Part shown: in pieces, positions 9,016 through 17,683 of the stretch
How positions within the stretch are numbered: the first letter of the stretch is position 1
How the letters are laid out: the number at the start of each line of letters is the position of its first letter
DNA from: Candidatus Kuenenia stuttgartensis
GTDB lineage: Bacteria; Planctomycetota; Brocadiia; Brocadiales; Brocadiaceae
Length of the DNA: 32,000 bases
Reading direction: 5' to 3'
Assembly (NCBI RefSeq): GCF_900232105.1
Contig: NZ_LT934425.1
Span: forward strand, 3,030,001-3,062,000
Position numbers and translations under genes: made by a program
The notes under the pieces: generated by a model
What the model was told of the DNA's origin: nothing
Databases searched by the model: none
What the model saw: only the letters and a program-made list of their open reading frames with translations

Positions 9016-9648
9016 ATGCCTTTGTTTATGTGGGTAGAAAGTTCAATACCAGGAGTGATTTTTTCCAGGAAGCGTTTTGTCCTTGCTTCAAATTCACCGC
9101 AAAGGATCAAATTGTTAAAATTGATGAGGTTATCTTTTGACGTGGTACCTCACGGAGTCGAAGAAAGCCTTTATAACAAACGATTACCACCGGACGTACT
9201 TGTTCAATATCTTGCATCGTTAAAGGCAGGTAGTGTCGCTAAAGGGTTGAAAGACGTGTTTATCATTGGAGCAGATACGGTTGTTTTGCATAACAATGAG
9301 GTTTATGGCAAACCAAAAGATGAAGATGATGCGCGAAGAATGCTTTTTTTATTAAATAATTCGGTTCATGAAGTATTTTCCGGACTCTGTATTAAAGAAC
9401 TGCCGTCTGAAAATGAATATGTAGGTGTTGCACTGACCAAGATAAAAATGAAGAATGTTTCGGTATATGAACTTGAAAGTTACGTGCAATCAGGAGAGCC
9501 AATGGGAAAAGCCGGTGCTTATGCTGTCCAGGGAGCGGGCAGAAGGTTTATTGATAGAATAGATGGAAGTTATTCAAATGTTGTTGGTTTACCGCTAGAG
9601 TTATTGTATAAAATGCTTAATGATTTTGTAAATAATGAATATTCCTAG
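9016..9648 (+). CDS. maf: Maf-like nucleoside triphosphate pyrophosphatase (start may lie further downstream)
   Basis: Maf-family motifs are present: LAS.SP.R..LL, GADTVV, GKP.D...A..ML, GKAGAY..QG and G.YSNVVGLPL. Confidence 0.85.
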   Translation: MPLFMWVESSIPGVIFSRKRFVLASNSPQRIKLLKLMRLSFDVVPHGVEESLYNKRLPPDVLVQYLASLKAGSVAKGLKDVFIIGADTVVLHNNEVYGKPKDEDDARRMLFLLNNSVHEVFSGLCIKELPSENEYVGVALTKIKMKNVSVYELESYVQSGEPMGKAGAYAVQGAGRRFIDRIDGSYSNVVGLPLELLYKMLNDFVNNEYS

Positions 9649-10102
9649 AAATTTTAGTTGGTTATTAAAAGGTGAAATTGCTGGTATGGCTAGACCCATA
9701 TCTGTAGTATCTGATTTTGAATTTCTTAGGGAAAATGGTATTGATGTTATAGTTACTTTGTCAGAGTGGCCACTTCATAAAATATTATTAGAGGAATTTG
9801 GTTTTGTCAACAAGCATATCCCCATTGCAGACCTTACCCCACCTACACAAGAACAGATAGAAGAATTTATTTTTTTTGTAAATGAAGCTGTGTCTTCTAG
9901 TAAAAAAGTGGTTGTACATTGTGATGCAGGAATTGGGAGGACTGGTACTATGCTGGCATGTTACCTTGTAAATAAAGGATTTAGCGCAATAGATGCTATT
10001 GTAGAAGTTCGCAAAAAGAGACCGGGTTCTATTGAGACTGCTGCACAGGAAGAAACTGTATCAAAATACGAGAAAAGACTTTCTAAAAAGATTAAGAAAT
10101 AG
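9635..10102 (+). CDS. Dual-specificity / Cys-based protein phosphatase
   Basis: 155-aa ORF with the HCX5R P-loop VHCDAGIGRTGT. It overlaps the end of maf by 14 nt. Confidence 0.75.
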   Translation: MNIPRNFSWLLKGEIAGMARPISVVSDFEFLRENGIDVIVTLSEWPLHKILLEEFGFVNKHIPIADLTPPTQEQIEEFIFFVNEAVSSSKKVVVHCDAGIGRTGTMLACYLVNKGFSAIDAIVEVRKKRPGSIETAAQEETVSKYEKRLSKKIKK

Positions 10103-10973
10103 CATGTAGTATCGCATGTTAAGCGAGCAAGAAATATCTTGTATTTTATTGAAGTGATATTAAAAATTAAGTTTTGTCTAATTCTAGGTCGATTACTTTT
10201 TTTACTGTAAAAAGTATACTTGTAACAATTTCCTTATCCGCAATCATTCAATTCTCCTTAGGTTTTCCTGCTGTTCCTTTAATACAAATCAAGTAAGCAG
10301 CGCAATTTTTTTGCACGTACAGCAGTGCAGTTTAATTTCTACCTTATAAACAGAAAATCTTTCGTAAAAAAGAAAATATATGACTCCATTGATTTTTTTT
10401 GTTTTTGGAGAATATGCAAGATTTCAACCTTACAATGGCTTGGAATTACGATAACCATTTTTCAGAAAATGGTTAAAAGTTGGGTAAACTAACAAAGACA
10501 GATATGCAAAAAGCTTTTAAATGGACTGCTCTGTTTTACAGATTTTGTGGGGAATTGTTATGGAGAGGCTATTTTATTAAATCTCTCAGAAAAAATATTA
10601 GTATTTTAAGCGCACAATACATTGCAGATATCAATGTTGTAAAATCCAATTAAAATCACTGCATTCATTTGCAGAATGTTTTTAGGTTTGTTTTTCGATA
10701 ACTTGTTTATGCAAAGTAAGTTATTGCAACTAAAGGATTATTTTTCTACCTTGAAATTTTCTTGCCAGTTAAATTTGTTTATGATAGTATTCACGAAAAT
10801 TTGTGTCTTTTAAATACTAAAATATAATGGCTACACTTTTTATAGAAGAAATAGTTTTATGATTTATGTAGTTTATATTTGTTTTATGCGGTTGTTTTTA
10901 AATGAAATATATCCCTATGTTTTGATCTCCGGTAGTTTAATAAATTACGCTGAATAGTTACAAAATATTTATA

Positions 10974-11160
10974 TAGTCAAACAAATAAGGTTTTCGAAAA
11001 ATTTACACACCCCCGGCCCCTCTTTTTAGAGGGGAGAGAAGAAGTCCCCTCTATCAAGAGGGGATTTAGGGGTGTGTTTGATAATATGCCTAGTCAAATA
11101 AATCTGTTTTTTAGAAAGCCATTTTATCGCCAAATCTCTAAAATCATATTTGTTTGGCTA
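10974..11160. mobile_element. MITE copy 1 (187 bp) derived from the IS630-family element at 30729-31855, flanked by TA/TA
   Basis: Terminal inverted repeats are tagtcaaacaaata at the left and tatttgtttggcta at the right. The first ~27 nt are near-identical to the 30729 end of the IS. The interior holds two GC-rich hairpins (cccctc..gagggg). TA sits on both flanks (10972-73 and 11161-62). Confidence 0.7.
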
Positions 11161-11464
11161 TATTAATTACTTGATTTTGATAGAATTTGATTAAAGTTTA
11201 TACCGTCCAAAATATTTTTAAGCGTTCGGGATTATAAAAGCACTTTCATTGTTTAAAGGAAAACGCTTAAGAACAACATTTCGTTGCTGAAAATAAGTCA
11301 TCCCAGCGTTTGGTTCTTTTCTTAGAAAATAATATTATTGCTTTAGTTAGTTAGATTTATTGGTATAATTTTTTTCACAAAGATGATGCTCTTGTGATTA
11401 TGCTATTAAAGAAAATTTGCAAAAAAGGTTGATAGTTTGTTATCAAAATAAGAATAAGATTGTA

Positions 11465-13179
11465 CCTAAATCCTGCAAACAAGGCAAAGCCTTGTTGCAG
11501 GAATAGGATTGAAATGGTAGGATTTCCAAGGTATTCGGCGGTATATTGATAACAAAAAACACCTGAAAGGAGATTCACCATTTCGATGAAGAATATAGCA
11601 AAAAAATACAGCAAAAGACAACCGAAAATCAAGGCAGAGATGAGCGGGAAAGGCTTAACGGTACATGCAGGGCTTTTACCGGTATTGAATTTATGGGTAA
11701 GCTGATGTTCCGGGAGAGAGTCCATGAAGCGGTCCATAAGGATCGTGGAGCAAATGCCCGGTATCAGTTTGTCGATGCGGTACAAATGGTAGTGATAGGG
11801 TTGATAGCAGGGGCGACATCGATGGTAGAGGTGATGAAGGTGTGTACAGATGAGGTATTGAAGAAGATGTCCGGTTGGAAAGAGGTACCTGTAGATACTA
11901 CGATAGGACGTATTATGAAGCTGGCGAGTCAGGGAGATATAGTGGAACTGACGGGGGTGATCCACCGGTTTAGGGGAAAGATATGGAAGCGTGCGGTGAG
12001 ATCAGGCCATAAACTCAGGAGTGCTCTTTGCGAAGTATGGATAGATGTTGATTCTACCGTAGATGGTGTATATGGGAAACAGGAGGGTGCAGAGGTAGGA
12101 TATAATCCGCACAAGAAGGGGCAGAAGGCGTATCATCCCTTAATGGCATTTATTGCAGAAACAAAGGAGGTATTACATAGTTGGTTCCGCTGTGGAAGCG
12201 CCTACACGAGTAACGGAGTAGTAGAGTTCATGAAGGAATGTATGGCGTACATGAATAAGGGGGTAAGGGTGGTATTTCGGGGAGACAGCGGTTTTTTTAC
12301 CGGAGAATTACTTGAATACCTTGAGTCAATATTGGCGGGATATCTGATTAAGGTAAAGCTGAAGAATCTGGAAGGATTGCTTGAAGGGCAGAAATGGAAT
12401 GAGGTGAAAGGGGAGCCAGGATGGGAACAGGCTGAATTTTGGTATCGATGTGCAGGGTGGGATCGTGCGAGACGTTTTGTGGCAGTGCGGCAATTGGTCA
12501 AAAGAGAAAAGAAATTAGTAGAAGTGTCCGTGTATGAGTATTTTTGTTACGTTACAACGGAGCGGTTAAGTCCGATGGAAGCGCATCGTTGTTATGGAAA
12601 GAGGGCTACCTGCGAGACTTTGATAGAAGAGAGTAAAGGACAGATGAATGCGGGGCACATACGTACGGGTGAATTTTTGGCCAATGCTGCGCTATTTCAG
12701 TGTGCGGTGTTAGCGTATAATCTTTTGAAGTGGATGGGATTGCTCAGTGGTGGAGTGATACAACAGTGGGAAGTAAAGACGATGAGACTGTGGTTAATCC
12801 GTGTGGCAGGGAAACTGGTGGAGAGAAGCCGGCAGATGACATTAAAATTGCCGGAGAAATTTCTCCATCAGGAGGAATGGGAAAAGTGGGAACGCATGTC
12901 ACTGGATGTAGTTTTTCAGTAGAAAACCGACGTTGTATTTCGTTTTTTTAGTCTTTTGAGAGTGGTAAGTATACCGCAGATGGAGACAGTACATCCCTAT
13001 CTTGATTTTCATTGCATCAGAGAGCACGTTTCCGACAATTTCCCATGTCTTTTTGTTTAAAGTAGTACAATAGCGCTACCACAATTGCTAAAAAACGGAT
13101 ATCTGTTATCGCTTTTTGCCAATCTTGGTAGTGGAAAATACTGATTTTCGCATTGCGAAAATCGTTTGCAGGATTTAGG
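11465..13179 (+). mobile_element. IS1380-family-like insertion sequence (1715 bp) with 5-bp target-site duplication TTGTA
   Basis: The 16-bp inverted repeats cctaaatcctgcaaac (11465-11480) and gtttgcaggatttagg (13164-13179) start with CC as in ISEcp1/IS1380 ends. TTGTA occurs at 11460-11464 and again at 13180-13184. One DDE transposase gene lies inside. Confidence 0.8.
11693..12922 (+). CDS. DDE transposase (IS1380/IS4 superfamily); N-terminal ~36 codons are in another frame (11586-11705)
   Basis: 409-aa ORF with GYNPHKKGQKAYHPL, VVFRGDSGFF and a C-terminal ...E..K region. The ATG at 11586 opens MKNIAKKYSKRQPKIKAEMSGKGLTVHAGLLPVLN. That stretch continues naturally as FMGKLMFRERV in the -1 frame, so the gene is frameshifted near 11685-11700. 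Confidence 0.85.
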   Translation: MGKLMFRERVHEAVHKDRGANARYQFVDAVQMVVIGLIAGATSMVEVMKVCTDEVLKKMSGWKEVPVDTTIGRIMKLASQGDIVELTGVIHRFRGKIWKRAVRSGHKLRSALCEVWIDVDSTVDGVYGKQEGAEVGYNPHKKGQKAYHPLMAFIAETKEVLHSWFRCGSAYTSNGVVEFMKECMAYMNKGVRVVFRGDSGFFTGELLEYLESILAGYLIKVKLKNLEGLLEGQKWNEVKGEPGWEQAEFWYRCAGWDRARRFVAVRQLVKREKKLVEVSVYEYFCYVTTERLSPMEAHRCYGKRATCETLIEESKGQMNAGHIRTGEFLANAALFQCAVLAYNLLKWMGLLSGGVIQQWEVKTMRLWLIRVAGKLVERSRQMTLKLPEKFLHQEEWEKWERMSLDVVFQ

Positions 13180-13200
13180 TTGTATATTTTGTCTGATTTT

Positions 13201-13212
13201 TGGTGGTATAAT
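13201..13212 (+). promoter_or_regulatory. Candidate extended -10 promoter element (TGGTATAAT) upstream of ppdK
   Basis: tggtggTATAAT has TATAAT at 13207-13212, 62 nt upstream of the ppdK ATG and 28 nt downstream of the IS1380-like right end. No good -35 is present. This is motif inspection only, in AT-rich DNA. Confidence 0.3.
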
Positions 13213-13274
13213 TTGTTAAAAAAGTTGAATTTCTTTTTGTGTTAAGAATATATTCGTTGAAAGGAGCATTCTGA

Positions 13275-16043
13275 ATGGCGCCCAAGTATGTCTATTTCTT
13301 TGGAGAGGGTAAGGCTGATGGGAAAGCGGATATGAAGCATCTGCTTGGTGGTAAAGGGGCAAATTTAGCGGAAATGACTAATATTGGCATCCCTGTTCCC
13401 CCTGGTTTTACTATCACAACGGAGGTTTGTGATGCATATTATAAGAATAAGCAACAGTATCCCAAGGGACTTGACAAAGAGATAGCGCAAAATCTTTCCA
13501 TGCTGGAAAAATTGATGGGAGCAAAGTTAGGCGATTCAAATAATCCTCTGTTGGTTTCCGTTCGAAGTGGCGCTGCGGCATCTATGCCGGGAATGATGGA
13601 TACGGTATTGAATCTTGGTTTAAATCCAGAAACGGTAATGGGGTTGATAAAAAAAACGGGAAATGAGCGTTTTACGTGGGACGCATACCGCAGGTTTATT
13701 TCAATGTTTGGTGATGTAGTTATGGGGATTGAACGACATTATTTCGAAGAAATCCTGGACAAATATAAGAAAAAATCACGGGTCAAAAATGATACAGATT
13801 TGACAACAGAACAATTGAAAAATATTGTAGAAGAGTATAAGGAAATTTATAAAAAAAATGCGCGTGAACCATTTCCGAATAATCCTGCAGAACAACTTCA
13901 TAGAGCGATTCAAGCCGTTTTTGCATCATGGAACAATCCTCGCGCAATAAAATACAGACAGCTTTACGAAATTAAGGGGCTTATTGGTACGGCAGTAAAT
14001 GTTCAGGCGATGGTATTTGGAAATATGGGAGATCATTCTGCCACGGGGGTCTGTTTTACCAGAAATCCCTCAACAGGAGAAAACAAATTTTACGGGGAAT
14101 TTCTTATTAATGCACAGGGAGAAGATGTTGTTGCGGGTATTCGTACGCCAGAGCCGATTGCAAATCTTGAAAAAGAAATGCCAGCGGTCTATAAACAGCT
14201 TTTTAAATATAAGAACATATTAGAGAAGCATTTTAAAGATGTTCAAGATATCGAATTTACTATTCAAGAGAATCGCTTGTTCATGCTGCAAACAAGAAAT
14301 GGAAAAAGAACTGCTCCGGCAGCAATAAAAATTGCAGTTGATATGGTAAAGGAAAAATTAATAGATAAGAAGACGGCTATTTCCAGAATAGACCCTAATC
14401 AACTGGATCAGTTATTGCACCCGACTTTTGATCCTAAGGCAAAAAGAGAAGTAATAGCAGAAGGTCTGCCAGCTTCTCCCGGAGCGGCTACCGGCAGGGT
14501 CGTTTTTAGCGCTGAACAAGCAGAAAGATTAGCCGAGAAAAACGAACAGGTAATTTTAGTCAGGAAAGAAACTTCTCCGGAAGATATTGGCGGAATGCAT
14601 GTTTCTCAAGGAATCCTTACTACCAGCGGCGGTATGACTTCCCACGCTGCTGTGGTTGCGCGAGGAATGGGTAAATGTTGTATCGCTGGTTGTAGTGCTA
14701 TACATGTGGATTATAAAAAGCAGCTTTTTAAGGTAGATGGCAAGGTGATAAGGGAGGGAACGTTCATTTCATTAGATGGCAGTAGCGGTGAGGTAATGAT
14801 GGGGAATGTGGCAACTCTTGTACCCAAACTTAGCGATGATTTTGCCACACTCATGACTTGGGCGGATGAGATAAGAAAGTTGAAAGTGAGAACTAACGCA
14901 GACACTAAGATAGATGCACGGAAAGCTCGCGAGTTTGGCGCTGAAGGCATCGGACTCTGCAGAACAGAACACATGTTTTTTGGCGAGAATAGAATCGATT
15001 TCGTTCGGCAAATGATTCTTTCCGCCCCGGATGTGAAAAATTTGAAAACCAAAATTGCTTATATACAAAAAGAAATAAGTAATGCACAAAACAACAAGAT
15101 AAATGTTCTCAAAAAAGATTTAGCAAGGGCGCAGAATGAAATTAAATATCCCATGACGGCATATATGTCTGCATTGAAGAAATTGCTTCCTATGCAACGC
15201 AGAGACTTTGAACAGATTTTTAAAGAGATGGATGGGCTTCCTGTGACTATCCGTCTTCTGGACCCTCCCCTTCATGAATTTTTGCCTCAAGAGGAAAATA
15301 ATCAAAGAGAAATAGCAAAGCGGATGAAAATTAGTTTTCAGGAAATACAGGAAAAAGTTTCGGCGCTTCACGAACTAAATCCTATGCTTGGCCATAGAGG
15401 ATGCAGGCTTGGTATTACCTATCCCGAAATATATGAGATGCAGGTACAGGCAATTATCGAGGCTGCATGTAACATGAAAAAAAAGGGTATCATCATTTAT
15501 CCGGAAATAATGTTGCCCCTTATTAGTACTGAAAAAGAATTAATTATCTTAAAAGAGTTGATTCAAAAAAATGCAAAAGAAATAATGGAGAAAAAAGGCG
15601 TAAAGGTAAATTACCTTATAGGAACAATGATCGAATTACCACGGGCAGCTTTAATAGCAGATAATATTGCCAGACATGCTGAGTTCTTTTCCTTTGGGAC
15701 GAATGACTTAACGCAGATGACATTTGGTTTTAGCCGTGATGATGTTGGATCTTTCGTTCCGGAGTATATTGATAATGAAATATTAGAGAAGGACCCTTTT
15801 CAGGTTTTGGATCAGGAGGGCGTTGGGAAGTTGATTCAAATAGGTATTAATGGAGGGAGAAGCACGAGAAAAGAATTAAAAATTGGAATTTGCGGTGAAC
15901 ACGGGGGAAATCCTCAAACAGTTTCCTTTTGCCATGGGATAGGTATGGATTACGTAAGTTGCTCTCCTTTCAGGGTGCCAATAGCCCGTCTTGCCGCTGC
16001 ACATGCAGCACTTGAGCAACCTGTATCGCGTGCGACAATTTAA
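13275..16043 (+). CDS. ppdK: Pyruvate, phosphate dikinase
   Basis: 922-aa ORF. It has LGGKGANLAEM, the phospho-His loop GGMTSHAAVVARGMG, then GIGLCRTEHMFF, FSFGTNDLTQ and CGEHGG. GAAAGGAG is the RBS. Confidence 0.97.
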   Translation: MAPKYVYFFGEGKADGKADMKHLLGGKGANLAEMTNIGIPVPPGFTITTEVCDAYYKNKQQYPKGLDKEIAQNLSMLEKLMGAKLGDSNNPLLVSVRSGAAASMPGMMDTVLNLGLNPETVMGLIKKTGNERFTWDAYRRFISMFGDVVMGIERHYFEEILDKYKKKSRVKNDTDLTTEQLKNIVEEYKEIYKKNAREPFPNNPAEQLHRAIQAVFASWNNPRAIKYRQLYEIKGLIGTAVNVQAMVFGNMGDHSATGVCFTRNPSTGENKFYGEFLINAQGEDVVAGIRTPEPIANLEKEMPAVYKQLFKYKNILEKHFKDVQDIEFTIQENRLFMLQTRNGKRTAPAAIKIAVDMVKEKLIDKKTAISRIDPNQLDQLLHPTFDPKAKREVIAEGLPASPGAATGRVVFSAEQAERLAEKNEQVILVRKETSPEDIGGMHVSQGILTTSGGMTSHAAVVARGMGKCCIAGCSAIHVDYKKQLFKVDGKVIREGTFISLDGSSGEVMMGNVATLVPKLSDDFATLMTWADEIRKLKVRTNADTKIDARKAREFGAEGIGLCRTEHMFFGENRIDFVRQMILSAPDVKNLKTKIAYIQKEISNAQNNKINVLKKDLARAQNEIKYPMTAYMSALKKLLPMQRRDFEQIFKEMDGLPVTIRLLDPPLHEFLPQEENNQREIAKRMKISFQEIQEKVSALHELNPMLGHRGCRLGITYPEIYEMQVQAIIEAACNMKKKGIIIYPEIMLPLISTEKELIILKELIQKNAKEIMEKKGVKVNYLIGTMIELPRAALIADNIARHAEFFSFGTNDLTQMTFGFSRDDVGSFVPEYIDNEILEKDPFQVLDQEGVGKLIQIGINGGRSTRKELKIGICGEHGGNPQTVSFCHGIGMDYVSCSPFRVPIARLAAAHAALEQPVSRATI

Positions 16044-16064
16044 TCAGAAAGATTAATTTGGAAT

Positions 16065-16155
16065 ATGCTTATGCATTTAACTCCTAACTAAACGAGTCAG
16101 AGAATACAAAAATACCCTTCTTAAGGGCACTATTAGGAGTCAAATGCATAAGCAT
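16065..16155. repeat. 91-bp imperfect palindrome (23-bp arms, 1 mismatch) downstream of ppdK
   Basis: The left arm atgcttatgcatttaactcctaa (16065-16087) pairs with the right arm ttaggagtcaaatgcataagcat (16133-16155). The 45-nt spacer contains a small ccctt/aaggg hairpin. Confidence 0.6.
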
Positions 16156-16177
16156 TTTTAGAATAATCGTGACACAG

Positions 16178-16212
16178 AAGGCATCCTCATTTTAGAAGGA
16201 TGCCTTTTGTGT
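16178..16212 (+). terminator. Rho-independent terminator candidate for ppdK
   Basis: A perfect 10-bp stem, aaggcatcct (16178-87) with aggatgcctt (16197-206), has a 9-nt loop and is followed by TTTTGTGTT. Confidence 0.65.
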
Positions 16213-16279
16213 TATGATGGAAAAAATACCTGTTAATGCATGAAATCCGGTTCTTTATGTATATATTGAATATAACAGT

Positions 16280-17053
16280 ATGATTGAAATATATAAAAAA
16301 TTGCCAAAGACAAATTGTGGTGAATGTGGAGATGCAACTTGTACCGCGTTTGCACTTAAAGTAATAAACTCTCAACGTAGAATACAAGATTGTCCATATG
16401 TTGCAAACAAAGACAGCAAACTGGCATTAAATAAACCCGTAGCTACCATGGACGATAATTACAGTCGTGTAAGTTATGAATTAGAAGCTGTGGCGAAATG
16501 TGTGAATTTTAAGGATGCAAGCGCTGCAATTGGCGGCGGGTATGAGATTAAGGATGGCGAAGAGAGAATAACGCTTAAAATGATAAATAAGCCATATGAG
16601 ATTCGCAGAAAAGGTTTATATGAAAATGATACATATTGTATTGATTCGTGGTCCAAAATTATCATTTACGATTATGTGCGCAGGCAGGGCCGCAGATCTT
16701 TAACCGCTGAATGGGTCACATTGGGATATTTTACAAATACCGCTTCACACGTTAAAGCCTTTCAGCGGAACGCCGAAGAGAAGATTGCCACAAAATTCAA
16801 TGATAATAAACAAGGATTGATAATTCGATGTAAAGAATTGGGTGGAGTTGCTGCACAAGGGCAAATGAGGGCCGATTATATTTATCAATTTGGTTTGTTG
16901 CCAAGGATACCCTTGTATATGTGTTTTTGGGAAGCAGACGATGAATTTTCGGCTAGTTGTAAATTGTTTCTTGATAGTAGTGCAGAAGATTATATCGATA
17001 TAGAATATCTGGCGTATCTCGTTGAAAGATTTGTGGAAATTTTTGTTCACTAA
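16280..17053 (+). CDS. DUF3786-like protein with an N-terminal putative [4Fe-4S] domain (CFeSP/RnfB-type)
   Basis: The N-terminus LPKTNCGECGDATCTAFALKV......IQDCPYV is the C-X2-C-X4-C-X16-C motif seen at the N-terminus of corrinoid Fe-S protein large subunits and RnfB. The remainder (LPRIPLYMCFW.ADDEF) resembles DUF3786 from memory. Confidence 0.7.
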   Translation: MIEIYKKLPKTNCGECGDATCTAFALKVINSQRRIQDCPYVANKDSKLALNKPVATMDDNYSRVSYELEAVAKCVNFKDASAAIGGGYEIKDGEERITLKMINKPYEIRRKGLYENDTYCIDSWSKIIIYDYVRRQGRRSLTAEWVTLGYFTNTASHVKAFQRNAEEKIATKFNDNKQGLIIRCKELGGVAAQGQMRADYIYQFGLLPRIPLYMCFWEADDEFSASCKLFLDSSAEDYIDIEYLAYLVERFVEIFVH

Positions 17054-17101
17054 CAAGACAACTTTTTTCCCTACAAGAAGAAAAAGGTAAAATACCCTCT
17101 T

Positions 17102-17252
17102 GTAACAGGTTCGTTTTTTTTAAAAGTCGGGGCAAAGCATTTTCTATAAATTGCCATAAATGTGCGCATACTCAAACAGGCAAATGCTTCGCCTCGACAC
17201 TATGCGGCAAAACACCGATATTATTGGAGTTTTTCAAAAAACTAAAGTGTTA
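17102..17252. mobile_element. MITE family 2, copy 1 (diverged; about 151 bp)
   Basis: It aligns along its length with 25162-25300. Shared blocks are gtaaca..tttttt..aaaagt.gggc.aagcatt, aaattg.cataaa.tgtg..cata.c.caaac.ggcaaatgctt and attattgga.tttttcaaaaaactaaagtg.ta. Confidence 0.6.
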
Positions 17253-17412
17253 GTGCGCCAGGCGAAGCTTGTAAAAGCCAGTTGGTTGAAAAGCCAACAT
17301 GAATGTTATTTTTGGTCGCGCCTTAGTGAATCTGTTTGAAGAGCCGTGTGCAGGAATACTGCATGCACGGTTCTATGTGAGGCGGCGGGAGTAATCCTGC
17401 CGTCTACACGAC
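17253..17412 (+). ncRNA. Miniature group II intron-like element: 5' GUGCG, two small hairpins, canonical domain V and domain VI
   Basis: GTGCGCC lies at 17253. There is a GCUU-GUAA-AAGC hairpin at 17267-78 and a gttgg/ccaac hairpin at 17281-98. D5 at 17341-73 is GAGCCGUGUGCAGGAAUACUGCAUGCACGGUUC, with the AGC triad and a 2-nt bulge. D6 at 17377-409 has a GUAA loop and a bulged A at 17406. Confidence 0.55.
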
Positions 17413-17605
17413 CTCCGCCTTAATTTTTTTTTGCCTTATAAAAAACAAATCAAGCAGTGTCCCTCTGTAAAATAGAGGCAATGCAATGCACCGCACTGCA
17501 GCACCGAACAATTTCCCTTCATCTCATGTTCAGAAAAATAACACATCTATTAATGAAGAGATTTAAAGTTGATAATAGATGAAAAATAAGATAGTATTCC
17601 CAAAG

Positions 17606-17683
<78 letters not shown>

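Noticed and set aside
11375-12951. ORFs 11375-11965(-), 11929-12114(-), 12202-12501(-) and 12730-12951(+) inside the IS1380-like element
   Set aside because: They are antisense or alternative-frame ORFs overlapping the transposase gene. The sequences are His, Tyr and Leu rich and carry no motifs.
13999-15371. Internal and antisense ORFs within ppdK (13999-14223, 14711-15052, 14772-15089, 14905-15087, 15120-15371)
   Set aside because: They are entirely contained in the well-supported 922-aa PPDK gene.
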